A DNA stretch of 64,000 nt from Eledone cirrhosa. Its lineage: Eukaryota. The stretch spans positions 33,170,001 to 33,234,000 of the forward strand of contig OZ024758.1 in the NCBI GenBank assembly GCA_964016885.1. The letters run 5' to 3'. This document shows positions 1 through 11,489 of this stretch, in pieces; position 1 is the first letter of the stretch; each line of letters starts with the position of its first letter. Made by a program: the position numbers and the translations under genes. Under the pieces are notes generated by a model. It was not told the DNA's origin and searched no databases. It saw nothing but the letters and a program-made list of their open reading frames with translations.

Positions 1-2445
1 TTCGATTGTGACAGGAGCACTACAACTTTACACATTATACTGGGTATCTTCTATTGTGACGGGAGCACTACAACTTTACACAGTGTACTGAGTATCTTCT
101 ATTGTGACAGGAGCACTACAACTTTACACAGTATACTGGGTATCTTCTATTGTGACAGGAGCAGTACAACTTTACAGTGTACTGAGTATCTTCTATTGTG
201 ACAGGAGCACTACAACTTTACACAGTGTACTGAGTATCTTCTATTGTGACAGGAGCACTACAACTTTACACAGTATACTGGGTATCTTCTATTGTGACAG
301 GAACACTACAACTTTACACAGTGTACTGGGTATCTTCTATTGTGACAGGAGCACTACAACTTTACACAGTATACTGGGTATCTTCTATTGTGACAGGAGC
401 ACTACAACTTTACAGTGTACTGGGTATCTTCTATTGTGACAGGAACACTACAACTTTACACAGTGTATTGGGTATCTTCTATTGTGACAGGAACACTACA
501 ACTTTACACAGTATACTGAGTATCTTCTGTTGTGACAGGAACACTACAACTTTACACAGTATACTGGGTATCTTCTATTGTGACAGGAGCACTACAACTT
601 TACACAGTGTACTGGGTATCTTCTATTGTGACAGGAGCACTACAACTTTACACAGTATACTGGGTATCTTCTATTGTGACAGGAGCACTACAACTTTACA
701 CAGTGTACTGGGTATCTTCTATTGTTACAGGAACACTACAACTTTACACAGTGTACTGGGTATCTTCTATTGTGACAGGAACACTACAACTTTACACAGT
801 ATACTGAGTTTCTTCTGTTGTGACAGGAACACTACAACTTTACACAGTGTACTGGGTATCTTCTATTGTGACAGGAACACTACAACTTTACACAGTGTAC
901 TGAGTATCTTCTGTTGTGACAGGAGCACTACAACTTTACAGTATACTGGGTATCTTCTATTGTGACAGGAGCACTACAACTTTACAGTGTACTGAGTATC
1001 TTCTATTGTGACAGGAGCACTACAACTTTACACAGTATACTGGGTATCTTCTATTGTGACAGGAGCACTACAACTTTACACAGTATACTGGGTATCTTCT
1101 ATTGTGACAGGAGCACTACAACTTTACACAGTGTACTGAGTATCTTCTATCGTGACAGGAGCAGTACAACTTTACACAGTGTACTGAGTATCTTCTATTG
1201 TGACAGGAGCACTACAACTTTACAGTATACTGAGTATCTTCTATTGTGACAGGAGCACTACAACTTTACACAGTATACTGGGTATCTTCTATTGTGACAG
1301 GAGCAGTACAACTTTACACAGTGTACTGGGTATCTTCTATTGTGACAGGAACACTACAACTTTACACAGTGTACTGGGTATCTTCTATTGTGACAGGAGC
1401 ACTACAACTTTACACAGTATACTGGGTATCTTCTATTGTGACAGGAGCACTACAACTTTACAGTGTACTGAGTATCTTCTGTTGTGACAGGAACACTACA
1501 ACTTTACACAGTATACTGAGTATCTTCTATTGTGACAGGAGCAGTACAACTTTACAGTGTACTGAGTATCTTCTATTGTGACAGGAGCACTACAACTTTA
1601 CAGTATACTGAGTATCTTCTATTGTGACAGGAGCACTACAACTTTACAGTGTACTGAGTATCTTCTATTGTGACAGGAGCAGTACAACTTTACACAGTAT
1701 ACTGAGTATCTTCTATTGTGACAGGAGCAGTACAACTTTACACAGTATACTGGGTATCTTCTATTGTGACAGGAGCACTACAACTTTACAGTGTACTGAG
1801 TATCTTCTATTGTGACAGGAGCAGTACAACTTTACACAGTATACTGGGTATCTTCTATTGTGACAGGAGCAATACAACTTTACACAGTGTACTGAGTATC
1901 TTCTGTTGTGACAGGAACTCTACAACTTTACACAGTATACTGAGTATCTTCTATTGTGACAGGAGCAGTACAACTTTACAGTGTACTGAGTATCTTCTAT
2001 TGTGACAGGAACACTACAACTTTACACAGTATACTGGGTATCTTCCATTGTGACAGGAGCAGTACAACTTTACACAGTGTACTGGTTATCTTCTATTGTG
2101 ACAGGAACACTACAACTTTACACAGTGTACTGAGTATCTTCTATTGTGACAGGAGCAGTACAACTTTACAGTGTACTGAGTATCGTCTATTGTGACAGGA
2201 GCAGTACAACTTTACACAGTATACTGGGTATCTTCTATTGTGACAGGAGCAGTACAACTTTACACATTATACTGGGTATCTTCTATTGTGACAGGAGCAC
2301 TACAACTTTACAGTGTACTGAGTATCTTCTATTGTGACAGGAGCAATACAACTTTACACAGTGTACTGGGTATCTTCTATTGTGACAGGAACACTACAAC
2401 TTTACACAGTGTACTGGGTATCTTCTATTGTGACATGAACACTAA
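1..2445. repeat. Minisatellite, 46/48-bp unit (ctattgtgacaggagcactacaactttac[ac]agtrtactgrgtatctt), ~50 copies, runs off the window start
   Basis: Direct tandem periodicity. The 2-bp 'ac' indel shifts the frame of the spurious ORFs. Confidence 0.97.
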
Positions 2446-2461
2446 CATATTACAGAAAACT

Positions 2462-2893
2462 GTGGTTTGATATGGTAGTGTGGTATGATATTGTATGGTT
2501 TAGTATAGTATGGTATGACATGGTGTGGTTTGATATGGTATGGTATGATATTGTATGGTATAGTATGGTATGGCATGTTATTGTATGGTATAGTATGGTA
2601 TGGTATGGTGTGGTATGGTATGGCATAGTATAGTATGGCATGACATGATATGGTGTGGTATGGTTTGATATAGTATGGTATGGCATGGTATAGTATGGTA
2701 TGGTATAGTATGGTATGGTATAGCATGCTATGACATAGGACGGTAAGGTATGGTATAGTATGGTATGGTATGATACAGAATGGTATGATATGGTATAGTA
2801 TGGTACAGTATAGTATGGTATGGTATAGCATGGTATGGTATGGTATAGGATGGTACGATATAGGATGGTATGATATAGGTTGGTATGGTATAG
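2462..2893. repeat. Degenerate pentanucleotide microsatellite (tatgg/tatag)n
   Basis: Visible 5-bp periodicity. Confidence 0.93.
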
Positions 2894-3093
2894 TCCCGTA
2901 ACACCTGAAGTCATAGAGGCCCTGAAGTAGCATAGAATGTTTCTTGGGTCTTTTAAAGCCTGGCAGAGCACATTTCTCTCCCAATCTAAACACAGAGAAA
3001 TAAGTAGAAAGACAGGAAGTGAGAAAGAGATATAGAAGAAGAATCAACACCAGTACTAGACTGGTACTTTTGTTTATCAACCTTGAAAGGATG
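2894..3093 (-). mobile_element. 5'-truncated SINE, long-tail subfamily
   Basis: Reverse complement matches the copies at 49795-50060, 50430-50745 and 60105-60360 (catcctttcaaggttgataaa..agtaccagt core, then ctctatatctctttc tail). Confidence 0.8.
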
Positions 3094-3165
3094 CATTAAA
3101 ACAGATGGTTTACTATTAAAATCTCCAGCCAGCAAGTTTATATGGTCAGTAATAAAGCTACTTAT

Positions 3166-3500
3166 GGAGGCACATGGCTTAATGGTTAGAGCATTGGCCT
3201 TGCAATCGAAAGGTTGTGAGTTCAATTCTCAGACCGGGTGATGTGTTGTTTCCTTGAGCAAGACACTTTATTTCACATTGCTCCAGTTTACTCAGCTGTA
3301 GAAATGAGATGATAGGGACTGGGGTCCCTATCATTCCACTGCAAAGTGGTTGTGGAGGTGCCACAGCAAAAAAGCACCCAGCACTCACTGTAAATGAGGT
3401 TGGTGTTAGGAAGGGCATCCAGCTGTAGAAATCAAGCCAGAATCAGTTCCCGTCCCACCCTAGCAAGCAGGGAAAAGTAGACGTAAAATGATGATGATGA
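3166..3500 (+). mobile_element. Full-length tRNA-derived SINE with CORE-like domain and RTE-type 3' tail ending (tga)n
   Basis: A box tggcttaatgg, B box gagttcaattc, CORE-like ttccttgagcaagacacttt. Tail gcaagcagggaaaagtagacgtaaaatgatgatgatg matches the LINE end at 56800-56840. Confidence 0.85.
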
Positions 3501-3839
3501 CTGTATTTTCTAGCCCCCTAATGGACGCCATATGCCTCCACAATATTAATAGTAATACAAACTAAACAATGTTTAAACCATGACTGTCCTCATATCACCA
3601 TTTGGCCTCTCATTAGTCATATAGGTATATTGGACACAGAGAACACTTTTTAATAGTTTTTTTAGTTTTTTTTTTTAGTCCAGCAAATAAAGTAAATCTT
3701 AGAAAACTAACGAGAAAACTAACGAATGAATTCCAGACATGTATATTTAATTAAGGGAGGAATAACTACTTTGATCACTATACCATCAACATTTAAATTA
3801 AGATAATTGTTATTTTTTGTTCTTTTAGTAAATTATTAT

Positions 3840-4072
3840 TTGTATGTGTGTGCATGTGTAAATATGTATGCGTGTGTGTGTGTGTGCGCACATGCGCATG
3901 TATATATGTGTGTGCACACATTCGTGTGTATATATGTGTGTGCGCACACATGCATGTGTATATATGTGTGTGTGTGTATATATGTATGTGAGTGTGTGTG
4001 TGTGTGCACACATGCGCGTGTATATATATGTGTGTGTGCACACATGCGTGTGTGTGTGTGTGCATGAGTGTG
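3840..4072. repeat. Compound (TG/TA/CA)n microsatellite
   Basis: Dinucleotide purine-pyrimidine alternation. Confidence 0.95.
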
Positions 4073-4154
4073 TTTTCTATATGAAAGTCAGGATAAGATA
4101 GATATTGTTGCTAAGAATAGAGAAGAAGCAAACTGAAAGATGTATTCATTGTAA

Positions 4155-4350
4155 TAATTGTTTCTGATTTAGGCACAAAGCCAACAATCTGAGGCTTGGG
4201 GGAAGTTGATTAAATTGATCCCAGTACATTACTGGTACTTTATTTTAATGACTCCATAAGGATGAAAGGCAAAGCTAAACTTGGGATTTGAACTCAGAAC
4301 ATTCAAGGATGTAACTCTATGTTGCAAACCGTTGCTGGCAATCCACCACC
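4155..4350 (-). mobile_element. tRNA-derived SINE (gcctttcatcct..agtaccagt central-domain family)
   Basis: Reverse complement has B box gagttcaaatccc, the central domain and the ggctttgtgcctaaatcagaaacaatt end. Confidence 0.82.
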
Positions 4351-4529
4351 CTCATTTAACAATAAATAACAATATTATGTTTTATAAATACATGATGATT
4401 TTGAAAATATCATTACTAAAGTTTATCTTCACAGATATTACACTTCTCTATAATATATTTTTAACGATTTCTTGCAAATGGTAGATCACAATCACTTTCC
4501 TCATTTAAGTTTGAGGTTTTAGAAAATAT

Positions 4530-5946
4530 TATTACCACTATTTATCATCATTACCACTGTTATTTACCATCATTACCACTGTTATTTACCATCATTACCA
4601 CTGTTATTTACCATCATTACCACTGTTATTTATCATCATTACCACTGTTATTTACCATCATTACCACTGTTATTTACCATCATTACCACTGTTATTTACC
4701 ATCATTACCACTGTTATTTATCATCATTACCACTGTTATTTACCATCATTACCACTGTTATTTACCATCATTACCACTGTTATTTACCATCATTACCACT
4801 GTTATTTACCATCATTACCACTGTTATTTACCATCATTATCACTGTTATTTACCATCATTACCACTGTTATTTACCATCATTACCACTGTTTATCATCAT
4901 TATCACTTATTTACCATCATTATCACTGTTTATCATCATTACCACTGTTATTTACCATCATTATCATTGTTATTTATCATCATTATCATTGTTATTTATC
5001 ATCATTACCACTGTTATTCACCATCATTATCACTATTATTTACCATCATTACCACTGCTATTTATCATCATTACCACTGTTATTTACCATCATTACCACT
5101 GTTATTTACCAACATTATCACTGTCATTGACCATCATTACCAGTTATTTATCATCATTACCACTGTTATTTACCATCATTATCACTGTTATTTATCATCA
5201 TTATCACTGTTATTTACCATCATTACCACTGTTATTTACCATCATTATCACTGTTATTTACCATCATTATCACTGTTATTTACCATCATTATCACTGTTA
5301 TTTACCATCATTATCACTGTTATTTATCATCATTACCACTGTTATTTATCATCATTACCACTGTTATTTACCATCATTACCACTGTTATTTACCATCATT
5401 ATCACTGTTATTTACCATCATTACCACTGTTATTTATCATCATTACCACTGTTATTTATCATCATTACCACTGTTATTTATCATCATTACCACTGTTATT
5501 TATCATCATTATCACTTATTTACCATCATTACCACTGTTATTTACCATCATTATCACTGTTATTTACCATCATTATCACTGTTATTTACCATCATTATCA
5601 CTGTTATTTACCATCATTACCACTGTTATTTATCATCATTACCACTGTTATTTATCATCATTACCACTGTTATTTACCATCATTACCACTGTTATTTACC
5701 ATCATTATCACTGTTATCATCATTATCACTGTTATTTATCATCATTACCACCATTATTTATCATCATTACAACCATTATTTATCATCATTACCACTGTTA
5801 TTTACCATCATTATCACTGTTATTTATCATCATTACCACTGTTATTTATCATCATTATCACTTATTTACCATCATTATCACTTATTTATCATCATTATCA
5901 CCGTTATTTATCATCATTATCACTGTTATTTATCATCATTATCACC
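4530..5946. repeat. Minisatellite, 22-bp unit (accactgttatttaccatcatt)
   Basis: Tandem periodicity. The ORFs at 4967/4989 are its translations. Confidence 0.96.
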
Positions 5947-5947
5947 A

Positions 5948-6565
5948 GAAGGTCGGACGCCATGCTTTGGCGCATAGAGTTACGGCCCTTGCCATTCTGA
6001 GTTCAAATCCCGCCAAGGTTAACTTTGCCTTTCATCCTTATGGGGGTCATTAAAATAAAGTACCAGTAATGCACTGGGATAATTGCTGGCCTTGTGCCAA
6101 AAGTAGAAACAATTATTATTATTATCATTGTTTTTCCATTTCCTTCAGTATTGTTTCTGTTATATGCCGTCTTCCTGACACCTGATTTTTTGCCAGAATC
6201 GGTAGAGCGTCAGACAGCATGATTTGCAGCATAGAGTTATGTCCCTTTACGTTTTTAGTTCAAATCTACCAAGGTTAACTTTGCCTTTCATCCTTGTGAA
6301 GTCGATAGAATAAAGTACCAGTAATGCACTGGGGTATTTGCTGGTTTTGTGCCAAAAGTAGAAATTATTATTGTTATTATTACTATGGGGCGGTATCGGT
6401 AGAAGGTCGGACGCCATGCTTTGCGGCATAGAGTTACGTCCCTTTATGGTCTGAGTTCAAATTCCACCGAGGTTAACTTTGCCTTTCATCCTTACGGGAG
6501 TCGATAAAATAAAGTACCAGTACTGGGATAATTGCTGGCCTTGTGCCAAAAGTAGAGACAATTAT
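5948..6565 (+). mobile_element. Three head-to-tail SINE copies (~5948-6120, ~6190-6365, ~6385-6565)
   Basis: Each has an agttcaaat B box, an aactttgcctttcatcct..aaagtaccagt core and a ttgtgccaaaagtaga end followed by (att)n. Confidence 0.88.
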
Positions 6566-6888
6566 TATTACTATGGGGAATTTCCTTTTGTCAACATTAT
6601 CCTTAGCCTTTTAGTAATCTACTTTGCTGTGGTTTGGCACCAGACCCAATTCACATAAGGAATGCCCACAATAATAACATTTTGTGTATTAGAGCATATA
6701 TTATGGAATAATGGCTTTATAGCAGAATAACTTTTCCATTATCAAATACTTTTGAGTTAATTCAATACATTCAGTATTTGCCAAGCATTTATAAATTGAT
6801 AAAGCAATCACTTCAATGAAACTTTAAACTATCTTCAGAGGGGCACCATGATAATAAAAACACTAATCCTATACAAGTCAAGATTGAC

Positions 6889-7100
6889 AGTGTGTGGTCA
6901 CATGAATTGCTAAAATTAGCAGCCAAATCTCCCTCAAATTACATCCTACTATCTTAATAAAGACATGATAGTTCTGTCAGGGATATATGCCTCACCCTAC
7001 ATAATGTGTGTGGTCACTTGAATTGACAAAAATAGCAGCCAAATCTCCCTCAAATTACATCCTACTATCTTAACAATACTTCTGTCTAGGATATATGCCT
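6889..7100. repeat. Tandem ~115-bp duplication of a dispersed-repeat fragment
   Basis: gtgtgtggtcac..agcagccaaatctccctcaaattacatcctactatcttaa occurs twice. A related inverted copy lies near 18860-18907. Confidence 0.75.
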
Positions 7101-7514
7101 AACAGAAAGTTTAGATTGCTACAACTGAAATGTCTTTGATCATATGTCTGCTCAATCAGACACACCTTGGGTACAAAAATAACAATAACCCATCACTATT
7201 TAATTAATAAATTTTATATAAAATTGTATTTTAAAATACTCACATATATTTCTAGAATAAAATTACATTAAAATAATAAAGAATTTAATATTTAATCAAA
7301 CATATAGGAAAAGAAAGCATTGACTTAGGTGTAGAGTCTGTCACTCCCCCCTTCCCCTTTGCCACCTAATAATCCTTGCTCTTTCCATCCTTTTCCTCTC
7401 GTTTATAGCGTTTATAGTCCTTTCCTATGTTTGACTAAATATTAAATTCTTTATTATTGATAAATTCATCTATAAACTGTTATAGTTACAGCACATTATT
7501 TTATAATGTATAAA

Positions 7515-8068
7515 CATGATACGGTATCAACATAATATCATCTGGTATCAGCATGATATGATATGGCATCAACATAATATGATATGGTATCAACATGATA
7601 TATGGTATCAACATGATATCTGGTATCAACATATCATCTGGTGTCAATATGATATCATGTGGTATCAACATATGATATGGTATCAAGATGATATCATCTG
7701 GTATCAACATGATATGATATGGTATCAAGATGATATCATCTGGTATCAACATGATATGATATGGTATCAAGATATCATCTGGTATCAAGATGATATGATA
7801 TGGTATCAAGATGATATCATCTGGTATCAACATGATATGATATGGTATCAAGATGATATCATCTGGTATCAAGATGATATCATCTGGTATCAACATATGA
7901 TATGGTATCAAGGTGATATCATCTGGTATCAACATGATATGATATGGTATCAAGATGATATCATCTGGTATCAACATGATATGATATGGTATCAAGATGA
8001 TATCATCTGGTATCAACATGATATGATATGGTATCAAGATGATATCATCTGGTATCAACAAAATATGA
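7515..8068. repeat. Minisatellite, ~21/42-bp unit (gatatcatctggtatcaacatgatatgatatggtatcaagat)
   Basis: Tandem periodicity. Confidence 0.93.
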
Positions 8069-8466
8069 TTAATTCAAACTAATGAATGTGACAATAAATG
8101 AAATTCAGATGATCCACATTAACAAAGGATAAAGAAAACAAATCAGTGCAATACAATTAATTTTACTTTCCCAATGATTACCTCCCCTTGTGTTTAACAA
8201 GTTAATGTACGATAAAAACAAGTGTAAGTATGCATACATATACACACACATATATATATATACACACACACACACACATGTATACACCACACACACACCT
8301 AGTGTGGAAGATGGACATTAAGCGATGATGATGGTGGTATGTACATATGGGTTATATTGAATAATAATAAGAATATTCGATTGGCTTGCAAGCAAATGCC
8401 ACGATAAAACTATGTTGTGCTTTGATGACCAATTGTCATCGGTTTGTTCAACAGTGGCACCGTGGA

Positions 8467-8509
8467 ACAATTAACATGTTTCTGGGTCATTACCCTTCAT
8501 CAGGATTGT
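8467..8509 (-). ncRNA. Minimal type I hammerhead ribozyme motif (degenerate), Penelope-type
   Basis: Minus strand reads acaatc-CTGATGA-agggtaatgaccca-GAAA-catg-TT-aattgt: conserved core, gggt/accc stem II, palindromic CATG stem III, acaat/attgt stem I. Confidence 0.6.
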
Positions 8510-8589
8510 ATACCTCTATGCCAATCTGTTGAACGGTTGAAAATATATAGTATTTTCTAATGTATACATCAGCTGATTAGCCTCACATG

Positions 8590-9615
8590 CATACTTAGCA
8601 ATGTTTTGGTGGGGTGCAGTATATACCATAACTAAATGTTTTGGTGGGGTGCAGTATACACCATAACTAAATGTTTTGGTGGGGTGCAGTATACATCATA
8701 ACTAAATGTTTTGGTGGGGTGCAGTATACACCATAACTAAATGTTTTGGTGGGGTGCAGTATACATCATAACTAAATGTTTTGGTGGGGTGCAGTATACA
8801 TCATAACTAAATGTTTTGGTGGGGTGCAGTATATACCATAACTAAATGTTTTGGTGGGATGCAGTATATACCATAACTAAATGTTTTGGTGGGGTGCAGT
8901 ATACATCATAACTAAATGTTTTGGTGGGGTGTAGTATATACCATAACTAAATGTTTTGGTGGGGTGCAGTATACATCATAACTAAATGTTTTGGTGGGGT
9001 GCAGTATATACCATAACTAAATGTTTTGGTGGGCTGCAGTATACATCATAACTAAATGTTTTGGTGGAGTGCAGTATACATCATAACTAAATGTTTTGGT
9101 GGGGTGCAGTATACATCATAACTAAATGTTTTGGTGGGGTGCAGTATACATCATAACTAAATGTTTTGGTGGGGTGCAGTATACATCATAACTAAATGTT
9201 TTGGTGGGGTGCAGTATACATCATAACTAAATGTTTTGGTGGAGTGCAGTATACATCATAACTAAATGTTTTGGTGGGGTGCAGTATACATCATAACTAA
9301 ATGTTTTGGTGGGGTGCAGTATACATCATAACTAAATGTTTTGGTGGGGTGCAGTATACATCATAACTAAATGTTTTGGTGGGGTGCAGTATACATCATA
9401 ACTAAATGTTTTGGTGGGGTGCAGTAGACATCATAACTAAATGTTTTGGTGGGGTGCAGTAGACATCATAACTAAATGTTTTGATGGGGTGCAGTATACA
9501 TCATAACTAAATGTTTTGGTGGGGTGCAGTATACATCATAACTAAATGTTTTGGTGGGGTGCAGTAGACATCATAACAATGTTTTGATGGGGTGCAGTAT
9601 ATACACCAGTATATA
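8590..9615. repeat. 35-bp satellite, left arm (cataactaaatgttttggtggggtgcagtatayay)
   Basis: 35-bp periodicity, ~29 copies. Confidence 0.97.
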
Positions 9616-9616
9616 C

Positions 9617-11489
9617 ACCTGGTAGCTGATTAATGAAAGGAAAGCCCTACACCAGCAGAGGCATGCCACTACCCCAGAGGCCATCAAGGTATATCAGCAG
9701 TATGTTGAGAAGGACAAGGAGGTGAAATGCAGCGCCCAAAAGGACAAACGAATGTGGCTTGAGAGTAAGGCAGAGAGGCAGAAGCAGCTGCGGCACGCAA
9801 TGACATGCGCTCTGTGTACCAAATTGCCAAGAAAATCACCAGCAGCTCTAGAGCTAACTCAGGCCCGGTGAAAGCGAAAGATGGTACGCTGCTTTCCAAG
9901 GGTGAAGAAAAGTTAGTCAGATGGGCTGAACATTTCAAGGAAGTCCTCAACCGACCGGAGCCACGTGTGCCAGCAGACACTAAGGAACCTACTAGTTTGT
10001 TACCTATCAATACTGATGACTTCACCGAAAAGGAAGTCCGCATGGCCATCAAAACCCTTAAGAATAACAAGTCACCAGTTATGGATGGCATTTCTGCTGA
10101 AGTCAGGAGGCGAAAGCATAGTTAAGTGGATGGGCCACTTATGTAATCTTGTGTGGAACACGGGTGAAGTCCCAGAAGACTGGAGAAACGGCAACTGGAG
10201 GGGAGTGACAGTTCTCTCCATACCAGGGAAGGTCTATTGTCTAGTGATCCTGAACCGCATGCGTGGCATGGTAGACAGGGAACTGCGAGAACAACAGGCA
10301 GGGTTCCGATCAAAACGTTCCTGTGCAGAGCAGATCTTTACGCTACACCGCGTCATTGAGAGGTACAACAAATTCCAGAGGCCCCTTGCCATCAGCTTCA
10401 TCGATTTCTCCAAAGCATTCGATAGCATTCATTGACCGTCACTCTGGAGCATCATGCATGAGTATGGTCTGTCCCAGAAAGTCATTTCGGCAATCAAACA
10501 GATTTACGCAAACTCCAAGTGCTGCATACGGACAGAGGATGGTTACAGTGACTGGTTTGAGGTGGTTACTGGCGTGCGTCAAGGTGGCTCGCTCTCTCCA
10601 ATTCTCTTTGTCATAGCCATTGACTGGGTACTAAGAAGAGCGTCTAAAGACCAGGGTATATCTTGGGTGGGAGAGCAAAAGTTGTCTGACCTGGACTTTG
10701 TGGACGATATTGCTGCACTTGCAGAAAGCACAGCTGACCTGCAAATCATTGTGAACAATATCAATGTCGAAGCAGGAAGCTTAGGTCTCAATATCAGTGC
10801 CAAGAAGACCAAAAGCATGTTATCTGGGACACACCCACCACCAACCAGTGTCTTCATTGAACAGGGGGGGAGGTGGAGATAGTGGACAACTTCACCTACC
10901 TCAGAAGCTCCATTAACAATGAGGACACAATGGACAGTGAACTGCAATGTAGAATGGGAAAGGCTTCAGCAGCATTTAACCAGCTTGACAAGATCTGGAA
11001 GAGCAGGAAATTCACCCTCAAAACAAAGATGAGATTCTACAACAGCAACGTGCTGTCCACACTCTTGTACAGAAGTGAAATATGGCACCTTAAGACCAGC
11101 CAAGAGTAGAAGTTGGACGCATTCGATTCCAGATGTCTGCAAAAGATCCTGCGGATTAAATGGAGTGACCATGTAACAAACCAGGAAGTCAGGAACCACA
11201 CCAACCAGCAGCTAGTCTCTTCTACCATTTGCAAGCGATGCCTGGGCTGGTTTGGACACGCTTTGAGACTTCCCCCGGAGAGACTGGCGAACCAAGTACT
11301 TAAATGGGGCCCGCAGGGCAGCAGACGGAGAGGGCGACCCAATATGAACTGGCGCCAGACACTTGAGAGGCACCTGCGAGCGACAAACAGACAATGGCGG
11401 GACGCTGTGCAAATGGCTGCTGACCAAACGCGATGGAACACTATGATTGCCTCATGCGTCGCAAGACGCGGGAGATTCTGAGTCTGAGT
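9617..11489 (+). mobile_element. 5'-truncated RTE-clade LINE; reverse transcriptase pseudogene with frameshifts and stops
   Basis: Motifs NWRGVTVLS, QQAGFR, FIDFSKAFDS, GVRQGGSLSPILF, LDFVDD (YADD box), WFGHALR..RRRGRP. 3' end (tctgag)2. No endonuclease domain present. Confidence 0.95.

Noticed and set aside
3166-3240. tRNA gene
   Set aside because: A/B boxes continue into a SINE body; no intact cloverleaf or acceptor stem.
7237-7262. 8-nt minus-strand microexon (ttctag|aaatatat|gtgagt); a similar 12-nt one near 50136-50160
   Set aside because: Splice-like motifs arise by chance in AT-rich DNA; unsupported without RNA data.
104-8082. ORFs in the 48-bp, 22-bp, 21-bp and microsatellite arrays
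   Set aside because: They are translations of tandem repeats; unit lengths and indels ignore reading frame.
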